Assembly: GCA_023213395.1 (NCBI GenBank)
Contig: CM041465.1
Coordinates: forward strand, 249,681,741-249,745,740
Reading direction: 5' to 3'
Source of the DNA: Cycas panzhihuaensis
Lineage: Eukaryota; Plantae; Cycadophyta
DNA: 64,000 nt
A model generated the notes under the pieces. It ran no database searches, was not told the DNA's origin, and saw only the letters and a program-made list of their open reading frames with translations. Of the stretch, positions 17,288 to 30,800 are shown piece after piece (position 1 is the stretch's first letter; every line of letters begins with the position of its first letter). The position numbers were made by a program, and so were the translations under genes.

Positions 17288-17751
17288 TCAAGACATTTTG
17301 GAAATAGGAATTATTGATGAGCAAGGGCATGCTTGGATAAAGTAGCAGAAAGAGTTCACAAAATTACCATCACCCAAGAAGTAATCAGTTTGTTCCAACG
17401 ACTGCCAATTTCCTAATAGGAGGTTTCTATGTTTGCCTCCTCTACCACCTGCATACACATCATCTCCTTCATGGTAGACTATTATCTTATTATCACCATC
17501 CTCTGTAGAATATTCCTCTACCACCTACCTACACATCATCTCCTTCATGTTAGACTACTATCTTATTATCACCATCCTCTATAGAATATTCTTTCCGTTG
17601 ATGAGATCTGCCATGATAGTAGAATACACGCCACTGCCATCAGGATTAAAATTTAAAAACAAAATTATGAAGAAAAAACACTAAGAGATGAGACACGTAG
17701 ACTCGCAGAATCGTTGTAGACCTGCATGAATGAAGTTGCCACCATCGCCAT
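17288..17751 (-). pseudogene. Unidentified gene 5' piece: exon MAMVATSFMQ (17751-17722), 88-nt GT-AG intron (17721-17634), exon disrupted by a 76-bp tandem duplication
   Basis: CAG|GTCTAC donor, T-rich intron, GGCAG| acceptor; spliced frame continues WRVFYYHGRSHQRKEYS.EDGDNKI. Confidence 0.45.
17439..17591. repeat. 76-bp tandem duplication
   Basis: ACACATCATCTCCTTCATG at 17455 and 17531. Confidence 0.9.
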
Positions 17752-20700
17752 TTTAAGAAGCTTAAATTTGATATAGATTCCACTGCCTTATTAAATTTTT
17801 TTTAAAGTTTTTTGAAAAAAATTATCAAATTTAAATATTATTTGGAGTCTACATGCCCTTACTCATTAATCTACCATCACGATGAAGTAACAACATGACT
17901 GAAGGTCTAATTTCAAAGGGGTTAATTTTTTTTTTTTAAAGTATTTAGTTATACTAATTTCTTCTTATCTTTTTCATATGGATTTAGATTTCAATTCTAT
18001 CAATTGCACTAGAATCCTATTTTACTCCTTTTCGAAATTGCTACTCATTTGATACTATTTGAGTATATTTTGTAAGTGAAAATGTAGTGTAAAATTAAGT
18101 CAAAATTTTATATATTCAATAAATGTAATATTTGATTCCATATAAGGCCTTAAAGGTCATGTTTAAGCATTTCATACCATTATCTTGTATGATAATTAAA
18201 GTTTAAAATGGCTAACTTTAGTGATTTCTAGCACCCTGTGAGGTGACTAGTGATAATGTAATTGTTGATTTGACATGTAAGACCTTAGAGAAGGTATTAT
18301 ATATAATTGTCTAAGTGTTGAAAGCCCAACATATGTGACAAATTTAAAGAGTTTGGCATTAAGGGGAGTCATTTCTCAACAACAACAGGCAAAGAAAAAC
18401 TACAAGTGATAACTACAAGAGACAAATATCCTATTTTAATCACTTTTGGGTGTGAGATTCATTTAAGTTACATGAGCATGATATATATGTATATGTTATT
18501 TTTAAAAAATTGTTATAATATATGATTTATACTACAGTGTTGGCCTCGTAACCTTTGAGGGATCAATGATATCCCCATGCTTACGACCTTATTTAGCTGC
18601 TAAGACCCCTGATGTATTAAGGCCTTGATTTATAAGCCCATAGAGGCATGTTGAAGCACATAAAGGCTATTGTAAGCCCATAGTGGCAAGATTATAGCCT
18701 ATTGAGGCATGATTTGGAGTCCATAGTGCCCACTATTATATTTCTAGCCATTAGATGCTAAAGAAGCTACTTGTATTGTCCCATACAAGTAAGAGGTGGG
18801 ACCCCCTCTTCTAGTTACTCTTGCATATTTTCTATCACACTCAATAGGCCATATAGGACAACGTGTTCCTAGACCAATGCTAATAAAGGAGCTAATTAAA
18901 CCATGTAACCAAAGTAATTACCTATAGAACTAACGATCATAATGGTTGGTCACCCATGTGATCTGGTAGATGGAGTCATATTCATATAGATATCAGTAAT
19001 TTGATAAAGATTTTATATAGCTTAACTACAACAACAAGAAAATAAAATAATAAAGATAGCAGATATGAGAACTATGAATTAAATATTAAAAAGAAAAATA
19101 TTAGGGATAATGTTTAGAATAATATTTAATTTATTAGTCATTACTTAGATCCTTCATTCATGCTCTTGTAACCCTCAAGATTCCTTTGGTTATTATATTA
19201 TACTCATCTTAACATGTGTGCGAGTGGCATCTTAGTTTGTATGCCAAGCTACCAAAAATACATCATTGTTGATCTTGAGAGGTATCATACATACGTGAGT
19301 ATCTTATATATGTATGCATATTTTGTATTGTAATTCAACAAGTAGAATTCATTCTCTTAGTTTATATTTGTATCTCACACTTCTTCTCTCGAGATGTTGT
19401 ATCACTCTAATACGACATCTAATAGAGAAGACACCAAGTCTAAACAATCAATTATTCCCACTGTAAAGAAATTTATTAAATGTATACCAAGAAAAGTATC
19501 ATTATAAGTAATGAATTACAAAGCTTTTTAGAATCCATGGCTAACATGTATTGGCCATGGTGGTGATTAATCCCGTGTAAGGCAGATTACATTATTAGAT
19601 ATATGTGTGTGTATATGTGTGCATATATTTATAAATGAATAATGTGATGTTCTTATATTAAGCCACACCTTCCTCTTCTAATAGATGCTCCTTTCGCTCC
19701 ATTAATCCCACCCCATAGGATTTAGCCTATTACTAATCTATTACTAAAGTAATATATAGAATCATATAATTAAGTGGTAATTTGGATTGGATTCATGGTG
19801 TATAGAGAATGGACCAACATCCTTAACACCATATGACATATGATGAAGAGAAGGCTCTGCTATAAGAAAAGGAATTCAAATGAAAATGTTTTAAGAGTAA
19901 GCAAATTCCTAAAAATAGGAATGGGTAGATGATGGTCATAAGATAACATGCAGTATGAGACAATGGGTTTTGAACATGTCATGTCTATTGTTAGTTATTG
20001 ATAATGATGATGATGATGGCCAACCCATATAATAAAGATTCTATGCTCATTCTACTTTCATCTATTTCCTCTTATTTCTTTGCTTTGAAGTGCTCCAGAT
20101 AGGTTGATGTCAAAATACTATATATTTAATAACTTAAAGGTATATCAATTTATATTTTACTTATACAAATGAGCCATTAGATTGGAAAATCCTTTTTGCC
20201 CCTTGAACAACCATGTATTTGAAAGGAAGTACCAATATGTTGGTTAGTTGAATAAGGTAGAATTACTCTCCAAGGTGAAGATATAAATTTAAATATAGAA
20301 GGAAAAGGTAAGGAGGGGTTTTTTCTTTTATTCCTTCCTCCTCCCTTTCTCTAAGATGGTGTAGGTGTGAGAGTTCATTTCATACACCATAAGAATGTAT
20401 TTTACATTCACACAAAGTTTGTTAACAACAACTAAAGGGTGTTTAGAAGCCCCAAGAACATTTTAGTAGCTAGTAAGGGGTGTGGTTGAATCCAACTATT
20501 TCCAACATGAAGTGAGTCTATACTTTGAGACAAGAGCATTGAAGTATATCTATTGCCCAACTCAAATTCAATAATAAAATCTACTGTTTCAGTTTATTTT
20601 CTTGTTATGGATATTTCTTTCCTAATCTTTCTCATATCAATAGAAAATAAGAGAGTCTATGTGTTTTCCCTAATAAATAAATGCATAATGATTCTTTTTT

Positions 20701-21349
20701 CTTTTTGGAGGAAAACCATTAGTTTATTTTTTGAATAAAACTCATGTTACTCTAATTTACATGTGGTAAAATTTTTTGTATATATACTAAATTTTAAAAC
20801 TAGGTCAATTTGGTTTAGAACCATGTAAAGCCTATTAGAACCTTTGTTCATGACTTGGACATGAAATAAATATTCACAAGAGAGAGTGATTATTTACACA
20901 TTCACATACATACCATTTACACACACACACACACACATATATGAAAAATTCAAATAGGATCTAACAGAAACTCATGTGCATGCAGTAAATCAAATGACAA
21001 AGCAAACTAAATAGTAGATCAAAACAAATTCATTACACAGAACTAAGACATGCAAATTGATTACATCATCAATCTATATTTTGACAGAGCCTCGCCGTAC
21101 CAAATAATCCAATGTATAAATAAAAGCATTTGGGTATAATTTATAGACCACGATACACCTTGAAGATAAATTTCATTGGGCAACATAATAGGCCAATATT
21201 ATTGGCTTGTTATTCAATAAGTCGATAGACCCGATAATATTATACATTGCATTTCAATTTATAATGTGGTACACTAATGGTACAAAGATACATAAAAATA
21301 TATTTATAAATGAGATGTCATTAATGTTTTAATACCCTCCCTTAATGAT

Positions 21350-24300
21350 AGCTCTGTTTGTCTTGATGCCAAGGTCGTGCCAAAGTCTTTCAAAGTTTGG
21401 TCTCTCAAGTGCTTTGGTGAATATATCTGCCACTTGGTCCTCAATCAGTTGATACACAATGTCAACTTTTCTATTTTACATGTGCTTATGGATGAAATGA
21501 TGATGGACCTCTATATATTTAGTTATCACATGGAAGATAGAATATTTGGTCATCTTTAAAACATTATAATTATCACAAAAGAGAGTGGTGGCTTATGTCT
21601 GTTGAAGTCCAAGCTCTGTAAGAATCCTACATAACCAAATCCCCTAAGTACTTGCATGAATAATTGCTTTATATTTGGCTTCCATAGAGAAGAGAGCAAT
21701 ATTTGGTTGTTTTTTGTAGCTCTAAGAGACTATAACTGATTTCATATTGAAGTAATATCCTAACGTTGAATGGCATGTGTCTTGGCAACCAACCTAATCA
21801 GCATTTGTATATCTTGTTAGGATAGAAGTGTCAACTTAGTTGTAATTCGGGCCAAGTTAAAGTTTGTTATGGATGTATTTAAGAATTCTAGCACTAGCTT
21901 TGCAATGGGATGCCTTAGGTTATTACATATATTTAGAACAAATCATAACTACATAGGAGATATCCGATTAAGTGTGTGTGAGATAGATCAAACTTCCAAC
22001 TAACTTTCAGTATAAGATGGGATCAAAGTGCTTACCTTATTCATCCAGAATGAGCTTGGTCTCCATTTCCATTAGTATAGGTTATGGTTTATAGTCACTC
22101 ATTCTAAATTACTACAAAAGTTCATTAGCATATTTGGATTATGACATGAATATGTAACTAGGTTCCTGTCACACCTCAATACCGAGAAAATAATATAGTA
22201 ACCTAAGGTCAGTCATCTCAAAGTTGCTTTTAAGTTCTAATTAGAGCAAAGCTATATCTTTATCATGATTTCTATGATTGCCAAGTCATCCACATAAAGT
22301 ACAATAATTGTGATCAAGTTGCCTCTAATATGAATATACAAATTAGGATTAAAGGATGAATAAGTGAATCTATATTACTTGAAAAATACATTAATCTTTA
22401 CATACCAGGTACAAGGTGTATGTTTCAATTCATAGAGAGTTTTCTTGAGCTTATAAACTAGGTGTTCTTTTCCAAGAATAACATAGTTGGTGGGTTTCCT
22501 TAAGAAAACCTCTTTAATGAGTTCTCCATTTAGGAAGGTACTCTTCACATCCATTTGGTAAATAGGCCAGTTGAATTGGGTTGCAAGTGACATAACTAAA
22601 AAAAATATTATCATGTTGGCAATAGATACAAAGGTCTCTTCATAGTCAATCCCCTGTTGTTTAAAACTTTTTGTAACCAAATGAGCTTTGTGACACTCAA
22701 TGGTGTTGTCAACATGAAACTTTGCTTTATAGAGCATCTACAATCAATTGGCTTCTTTCCAAGTGGCAATTCAGTCAATTCCTATATTTCATTCTCAATG
22801 ATTGAGGTCATTTCTTCATCCATTGTAACTTTCTACATTTGGTCGTTAACTGCCTCCTCAAATGTGGAAGGATCAAAAGTCTCAAGAACACATGTTATTA
22901 AGTCATAGTTTGTGGAGTGCTTCATTCTAAACTGTCTCTTGGGAGCATTGGGGAGAAGGAGGCATATCCTTTATTAGTTACTGGTACCACTTAGGAGGTT
23001 TTTGAATACTAGTGAACTCCACTTAAAGATCATCTACTGACATAAATGGCATGGATTAGGTAGCATCTAAATTTAAGATCGAAGCTAATGGAGCTAAAGA
23101 TGAACTTGGTGTATAGGATGTTGTTGGTATAGATGGCTCAAGAATTGATGTTAGAGGTACATCTAGGAAAATAACATGCTTATCTTGGTGTGAGCATTCA
23201 CCTTAAATATCTTCCATTGGTGGGTCCTCAACTATGGTTTATTTACCTTTATAAAGATGATTAGTTTGTATAGAAGCATAAGCATCTTGTTATAGGGTAG
23301 TGATGGGGGGGAACTCTATCTAACTTGTATGACCCATTATTTTTATGTCCTATAGCTATAAATTGACCTATGGCATAATTTGTGATGGTGTAGACACATT
23401 GGATGAATAGAACATTAAGGTTTTTCTTGTTGATATGACTGACTGACAACAAGTATTATTTCATACTAGGTACTAAGAGAATGTTGCTAATATTGTTATG
23501 AACATTAGAGTTCTTCAAAGTAATAGGGCTCTACCAATTTTGGTGGCATCATATGTGAGATTGTCTCCAAATATTACAGTTTGAGCCCTAATAGGATATG
23601 TATCCTCATGCAAGTCTTCAGTGCTAGTCATGTAATGAGTGCATTAGAATCAATCAATAAAAAATTATTATCATATTGAGATGACAAAGCTACATAGAAA
23701 AGGTTCTTAGAGTTGTTATGTATTAGTTATATTACCTCCTTTTTGGGGATTCTTGTTAAACCTTTAGTTCCTTGATTAGTTTCTTTGCTTATTAAATTAC
23801 TCCTAATTTTTATTTTTGCCTTGGTTTTTATTCTGCATAAAATTTTGAGCCCCTTGTTGTCCACTTTAGTTTTGTAAGAGTTATAGGTCTACTTGTCTTC
23901 TTCTGCAATCTATCACAAGATAGGTGTTGTTTCCATAATATAAGTAGATGATATTTTATCTTCACTACTAGTTCCTTGAAGGTTGTGGCTACTATTATTA
24001 TTAAGTGAGGTTCAATGAACCAAGTTATTAGGCAATGGGTTATTATTGAGGTGGTTGCTAATGTGGTTGATCCCTCCCTAAATTTTTGGCTACAAATATA
24101 GGAGTAGAGTCAAAAGATGATGCTACTCCTTAATGATTTAGGATGCACTCCTCTCTAAGAAAAAGTCCTTCTAAGGTCTTGAACTTTATTTTGGCAAAGG
24201 TATCATATAAGTAGGATACAAAGCTATTGTATTCAATGGGAAGGATATTGACAATGCTTAACACCAAGTCATGATCAGAACGAGAGACACTAAGGTTCAT

Positions 24301-24741
24301 GAGTTAATTTCTAATAGTTTTAACTTTTATAAGTGTAAAGCTATGGTACCAACAAATAGAATAACAAAGAGACGAGTTTCCAAGGTGATGGACCTAGAGT
24401 CATCTTTTCTTTCATAAAGAGAGCATAAGATGCTCCAAGATTTATGGGATGTTTCAGTAGTTTCAATGTTTTAGTCTACTTGGTCTTCTACAACAAGGTG
24501 TAAGAAAGAAAGGGCAATGTTATCTATGGTTTTAAAGGTTGCAAGGATAATAGGATCTGGTGGAATCTCTTGATCAGGGTTATTTGGGTCCTTGGTAGGT
24601 ATTGGTTGAGCAATATCCCCATTGACATAGGCCAAATAATTATTTATTATCAGAAAGTTTTTGACTTATTTTTTCCAAGCTAAAAAGTGATTGGTTCCAC
24701 TAAGTTTGATAGTATTTGACACTAGCATTTGTGTTGCCATT
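21350..24741 (-). pseudogene. pol: Copia F gag-pol pseudogene (gag, PR, RT, RNase H; integrase core missing)
   Basis: Domain motifs in Copia order with many stops/frameshifts; post-protease GSYKL at ~23330 jumps to the linker PPKWY at ~22990. Confidence 0.85.
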
Positions 24742-24789
24742 TTTATGTCTTTGTGTCCTATCTAACTAAGGGGATACTACACTAGAATG

Positions 24790-25200
24790 CTAAGTCTTAA
24801 GGGTCTCTAGAAAGCCCTTCATTGTTATTCTATCTAATAGCACCTTCCTATAGGTGGTAGATTAGGGACCCTATATACTGGTACATGAGGTAGTTAGACT
24901 CTATATACCTCAGTATGTGGGCTCCTAAAAGGCCAATGGCCCTCCTAATACTATTTGTCCACCTATTCTGTATTTATACTAATCAATAGATCTAACAAAG
25001 GACTTAAACCAAGGCACTCACCCCCAATAGGTCTAGCATGGTCTCCATACTCTAAGGATGGTTTACACCTGAGCTTACTACTTAATACACTTGATAGTCA
25101 ATGGGATTCTTTAATATTTGCAGAATTCAAGAAAGACTGCTAATGTATGCAGAGTGGTAACTTTAGGGGTCTTAATCATTCCCTTGAAAGGCTGGAAAGG
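24790..25200 (-). promoter_or_regulatory. Conserved structured leader module upstream of Copia F gag
   Basis: Homologous to 48221-48640 in Copia B; inverted repeats such as ATAGGTGG (24850) / CCACCTAT (24959). Confidence 0.65.
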
Positions 25201-26924
25201 TTTTATGTATTCATTTAGAGTTATCTAATGTTTCAAGTTTAACTTGATTTTAAATGTGGTCTTGATTAAGTCAGGGTTCCTTTTAATAAAAAGAAATAAT
25301 GAGACCAAAAAGAAATTTAAATAAGTAAAAAAGTTAGGGTTTAGGGTTCTTAAGGAAGGAATAAGCTTGAGAAAAGAGACCAGCCTCTTTCACTCAAGTA
25401 GGGCACCTATAACCACAATGCAAATATAGATGTTATCCCCCCAAAGAAAGGTTGAATAACTAATGAAGTGAATTTGAACAATAAATAATAGAAAAAAAAT
25501 CCCTTTACAATATAAAAAATAAGTCCTCAATTGATGAAAACAGGCTTAAAGGGCTACATAAAGAAGGGTCAATTTAACTAATTAAAACTCCTTAAACTTT
25601 GAAAGTGACTCTAAATTGTAGAGATCTGAGTCAAGAATTTGAAAAATCAAAAAGTTCAAAAATCAGATCTCCCGTTGCAAAGATATCGCCAAAACTATAA
25701 GTAGTCCTTCTTATGTTAAAAAATAGAATTAGGGTAGGCTTTTAACCCCCTTAGCTGATAAGACCTTAGTCACATAATGCCACTATATGACTTCCTATTG
25801 AATTGAAAGGGGGGATACAAACTTAAAATCAAAATCCAATGTAGTTAAATTAAATAAAAACTTTGTAAAAAAAAATGTTATAAAGTTAAAAAAAATCAAT
25901 GAAGGCCCATGTGAATTTGTGCTAATGCAAGCGATAGAAATGATTAAAAAACTTGATCAAATCAAGTTAGGAGTTCTTCAGTCTATATTAGATTAATACA
26001 AGAGGAATCTACAAGATGAGAAATGGTGAATGAGATTTGCGTAGATCTAGTTTCAGGCTTATAAGTGGTCCATAGGGATGGTGTGAAATGATAGCCATGC
26101 ATAGGAGAAACCACAAATGATTGAGTGAGTGCTAGTCTAAACACGAGCATAAACAATTCACATGTAGTAGGGGTTGCTCTCAGTGGCCACAAACCTTAAG
26201 GAGATAAGTGTGAACCTCTCAAAAAAATGAGATAATGCATGTTTAAGTCAAACAAGGCCAATAGATGATAGTGACTGACTAGAAATAGAGCCAGGGAAAA
26301 TGATGGGGAGGTTATTTCCATTCAAAAACACATGAACAGAGTCTAAAGTTTGATTCAATTAGATGAGGCTATAAGAATCATCAATGGATCAGTAGACAAC
26401 TATCACAAGAGTGTATTTAGAGTCCAAAATGAGCAAAATAAATAGAAATAAACTTAAACAGTGTAAACAGAGTGTTGTTTTTTATAAATGGGTTGGAAAC
26501 ACTTATAGTAAACTAATTACATGCATACAACATGGTTCAGATACCATGCAAAATTCAAAAAGGATCCAATAGAAACTCATGTGCATGCAATAAATCAAAT
26601 GACAAAATAAACTAAATAATAGATCAAAGAAAATTTATTGCACATAACTGAGATGGACAAATTGATTACATCGTCAATCTATATTTTAGTAGAGCTTTGT
26701 CATATCAAATAATCCAATGGATAAATGAGAATGTTTTGGTATAATTTATAGACCATAATATGCCTCAAAGATAAATCTCATTAGATGACATAACATGCCA
26801 ATATTATTGGCCAATTATTTCGCAAGTGGGCAGACTCAACAATATTATACATTACATTTTAATTTATAATGTGGTACACTAATGGTACAAAAATACATTT
26901 ACAAATGAGATGTTGTTAATGTTT

Positions 26925-26963
<39 letters not shown>

Positions 26964-27324
26964 GTATACACATATACATACATGTGTGTATATACATATA
27001 TATACAAAGAAATTAGAGAGAGTTATATTACATCCAATTCGTCCACTTATTTCATACTAAGTCCATGAAACTAGTATTTCTCCAAAAACTAGTAGTATTT
27101 TAGTGCAACTTATCCTAGACATGGGTTTTGCACAAAAAATCAACTAAATTATTATCTAAATTTATCATTTATAATATCCTAGATGTTATAAGATGGCGTA
27201 TATATGAGTCTTACACTAAAATAAGTATGTATTGAATTTAGGAGCTTGAATTAGTTTGAATTAAAGAAAGAGTGGCACAAGACCACCATCATTTCATAAA
27301 CCTCCTTGTCATTTGTGCATTTAG

Positions 27325-27820
27325 CAGGTGTTTTCCAACTTAGTCAGGGTCTAATCGACTCTCTTCATATAGGGTTCCTATATGGCGTTCATGGACTCTC
27401 AATCCTAGTCATTCATAGGTGTTATAAGTAGGTTGTATCAACCAATGTATCAAGAAAATATTGCTCTTCTAGATTGTAGCCTTTACTCTACCAATCACTC
27501 AGAGGGGAGAGGAGGTGCTTCTAATTTGGTCAAAAATACCCATGGTCTTTAGATTCTCTCCCCAAGTGCAAGCCCATGATATATATGTGTTTAGATTATC
27601 ATGTATTATGAATAGGTTACTTTGGGGGTTATGAGGCTATACACACCTTATTCACCCTAAGAAAGAGTGCTCCTATGGGATTAATTGAGTGATAATCTCC
27701 CTGTAACATCTTGGTGTATATATGGTGGCTTTAATATGATAGAGGCTCCTCATGACAAGCTTGGGGGTAAACCCTTCTACTAGAATCCTACTAAGAGGTG
27801 GGCTTGGCTCTATTTCAAAT
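27325..27820 (+). mobile_element. Internally deleted duplicate of LINE G 5' part (5' UTR fused to endonuclease segment)
   Basis: 27325-27472 repeats 27842-27989; 27473-27820 repeats 29920-30270; junction microhomology CTTCTAG. Confidence 0.8.
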
Positions 27821-27841
27821 GTAAATTAGGCTTCTATTTAA

Positions 27842-30800
27842 TAGGTGTTTTCCAACTTAGTTAAGGTTTGATCGACTCTCTTTATATAGGGAACCTATAT
27901 GGCATTTGTAGACTCTCAACCCTAGTTATTCATAAGTGTTGTAACCAGGTCCCATCAACCATTATATCAAGAAAATAACACTCTTCTAGGAGGAGATGGC
28001 ATCTAAGCAAGCCCAAAAGTTTATTCAAAGGTATTTGATAGGGTAAGATAGAACTGCCTACTATCTCTTTATCTGTAAATGTAGTCTCTAATGTAATTCA
28101 AGAAGTGTATTTTCACACTGTGATTACATATTTAATAGGCCAGGTCTCCTTAGAAGTTGCATTTAGTAATGGGCTAAAGAGTCCCTAAAGTTCTTCTCAT
28201 GGGAAGTTAGTTCTATTAGCAACCTTTTTGAAAGCTTCTTTTCGTTTATCTTTAAGTCTCCTAGAGCATCTAAGCAAGTCCTAAAATGAGGCCCTTGGGT
28301 GTGTAAAAGGAATTTAGTTGTTTCTAATCACTAAGAACCTATCTTCTTAGTGGATACAATGGTAAATTTCAAATGCCTTGTATGTATTAAACTCTTGGGC
28401 CTTCCCATAAATCTGTGGATAGTTGTAAAGGATCTTATTCAACTTATTTGTAAGTTTATATCCCTTGAACTCCATAAGGAGTTATACAACAAACCCAATA
28501 TTTAGGTTTATGTAAAGGTGGTTTTATTTAAGACCTCAAATATATATTGAGTTAGTATGGGTAGGTTATGTTGAGAAAACTAGGTCTCAATAGCCAGAAA
28601 TTGCCACTAAGATCTAAACTATTTTGCAACTAGTTATAAGAATTGAAACTGAAATTTAATATGCAAGTTTTTAAACTAGAGATAATACAATAAATAAATC
28701 TGAAAACCAAAGTATCATATGTACACCAGATATTACATGGTAAAACCCTAGTAGTGTGCTAGGGAAACATCCACACAGGAAATGTATTAATCTTTATTAT
28801 CCAAGAGTGGAGAAATAGACATAATCTATAATAAAATGCTCATAGCAACAACAATTAACTGCCTCTTCTCAATACAATACATCTACTACATTGAATACTA
28901 TTAATATAATGAAAAAACAACCTAAATCAAGCTATATAAGAGAGTCATAGAAGGTACAAATCTTGACCATCAAGTCTTAGGTATTATGAATGAACGACCT
29001 TGATTCTCTTTATAATTTAATATGTTTTACAGTGCTAGCTTTTTAGGTCAAGGGCTACTGCCCCCAAACCCCCTCTTTACTGGGGGGGAGTTCAACACCC
29101 CCCAACCAAGAGAGGCTCCCTGCCCCCTTAAATCGCTTCGCAAAAGTTTAGGGGGAAAACTGTGCTGCTAACCTATCAAAAATTTTGCCTCCAAAATATT
29201 GTTGTCATATTATCTAATATGTTACACTTAAGAAATAGGTGGTATACCTTAGCGTACCCAATACTTGCTTTCATTTCTACTCTAGAGATCATAGGATCAA
29301 AGATTGTCCACTTACTACTCCAAAGTAGCATGAACCCCCCTCCTTTATTCCTCCATCTAGTCTAAAGGTGGAATATAAGAATGGCTAGATTGAATTCATG
29401 GGGAAAAATAGATTAAATAGAGTAAGGAGAAAGCCCAATCATCCTCTTCCAAGGGATTGGGCTTGATTAAGCAATAAGCTTCTAGACCCAAAAGTCTCGA
29501 GAAAGGTAAGGACATTGAAACTACCAAAGAAGGGTTCTATGACACTTCACCTATTATACCTAAGATAGTCTCTTCTTTTAATTTTCCAAGACTTCAAAAG
29601 GCTCATCTAAGAGCTAAAGAAGGTAAGGGGGATGCTATAATCACCAACCTTTTTACTTAGTTATAAAAAATCCAAAGCCTAATAATACCAAGCAAGGGAA
29701 TAACAGGTTCCATGTCCTGTAGTAAATCTCAAATGAGGATGCAAGGATGGATTTAGATTCTTAGAAGATAATTAGTTAAAACATTAAAGGTCTATTTAAT
29801 AAGTTTAGACATATGAGCTTATAACCTTTTTATAGTAAGGTTAACTTAGATATTTTATGGATTCAAGAAATTAAGATTTTTGGTAGCTTGTTCAAGTTTG
29901 TTATAATGTAGACCCTTCTAGACTATAGCCTCTACTCTACCAATCACTCAAAAGGAGAGGAGTTACTACTATTTTGGTCAAAAATCCCCATGGTCTTTAG
30001 ATTCTCCCCTCAGGTTCAAACATAGGAAATAAATGCATTTGGATTATCATGCATTGTGAATAAGTTACTTTGGGGGTTACAAGGCTATATAGACCTAATT
30101 GACCCTAAGAAAGAGTGCTACTATGCGAGTGGTTGAGTGAGAACCTCCTTGCAACATCCTAGTGTATATATGGTGACTTTAATATGATAGAGCTTCCTCA
30201 TGATAAGCTTGGGGGAAAACCCTTCTACTAGAATCCTACTAAGAGGATGGCTTGCCTCCATTTCAAACATAGGACATGTCTCTTTGACCTAAACACCCTT
30301 TATAAAATCAATCATTCTAATATATTATTCACATGGTCTAATTTGAGAATCAAGTGTAAGAGAATTCTCAAAAGGTTAAATTAGGCAATGATCTCCATAG
30401 ATAACCCCTTTCAGATCTCTTCTAATAGTGGGAGACCTATAAGGGTTTTAATAGATAACATGTTGTCATGCCACCATCCCATTGAAGTTGTGCTTACATG
30501 AGGAGAAGACCAAACTCCCTATTCTAAGACCTCCTTTAAGTTCAATGTGTCACATCTCAATCCTGAATTCTACCTCAATTCAATTAGAATAATTTTTCAT
30601 TTATTCTGTATACCTAGAGGGAATAATGGTTGGATTGTTCGGTGGGAGGAAGCAATTAGAAAAATCACTACCTTCATTAAAGGGTATGGGAAATAAGTCA
30701 CTATATCTAAGAGAAGATTAGAAGTACACTTTGCTTGAAAGCTTGCAGACTTGAGAAAGGACCTAAAGGGCAACTCCTTAAATGAAGACCCTTAAAAATA

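Larger units (their letters stand above)
16670..18605 (-). other. 1936-bp cassette present only in duplication unit 2; contains chimeric host-gene fragments
   Basis: Offset jump 4399 to 6335; 4-bp AAGA microhomology and imperfect ACCTTATT...AAGA direct repeats at both ends; CpG-richer than the surroundings. Confidence 0.9.
15727..19424 (+). mobile_element. LTR element E, copy 2, carrying captured host-gene cassette
   Basis: LTRs 15727-15993 and 19099-19424, PBS, TSD GAGAA (15722-15726 / 19425-19429). Confidence 0.88.
15156..21491. repeat. Tandem segmental duplication, unit 2 (includes extra 1936-bp cassette 16670-18605)
   Basis: Starts TTATCATCAAAGAG as at 10755 and ends GCTTATGG as at 15154; continues into intact Copia F. 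Confidence 0.97.
20942..26929 (-). mobile_element. Ty1/Copia element F, degenerate, integrase deleted, inserted in a (CA)n(TA)n tract
   Basis: LTRs 20942-21334 and 26547-26929; PBS 26534-26546; PPT 21335-21347; gag from ~24741 (MATQMLVSNTIKLSGTNHFLAWK), protease ~23660, RT ORF 22375-22737 (YQMDVKSTFLNG..KLKKTLYELK), RNase H to ~21350. Confidence 0.93.

Noticed and set aside
16670-18605. Cassette as a discrete Pack-MULE/Helitron/CACTA insertion
   Set aside because: No TIRs, no 8-11 bp TSD and no CTRR/hairpin terminus found at the boundaries; carrier left unassigned
14605-21334. Near-identical LTR pair suggesting a young intact element
   Set aside because: Both are the 3' LTR of Copia F (each followed by PPT and RNase H), copied by the tandem duplication; no PBS
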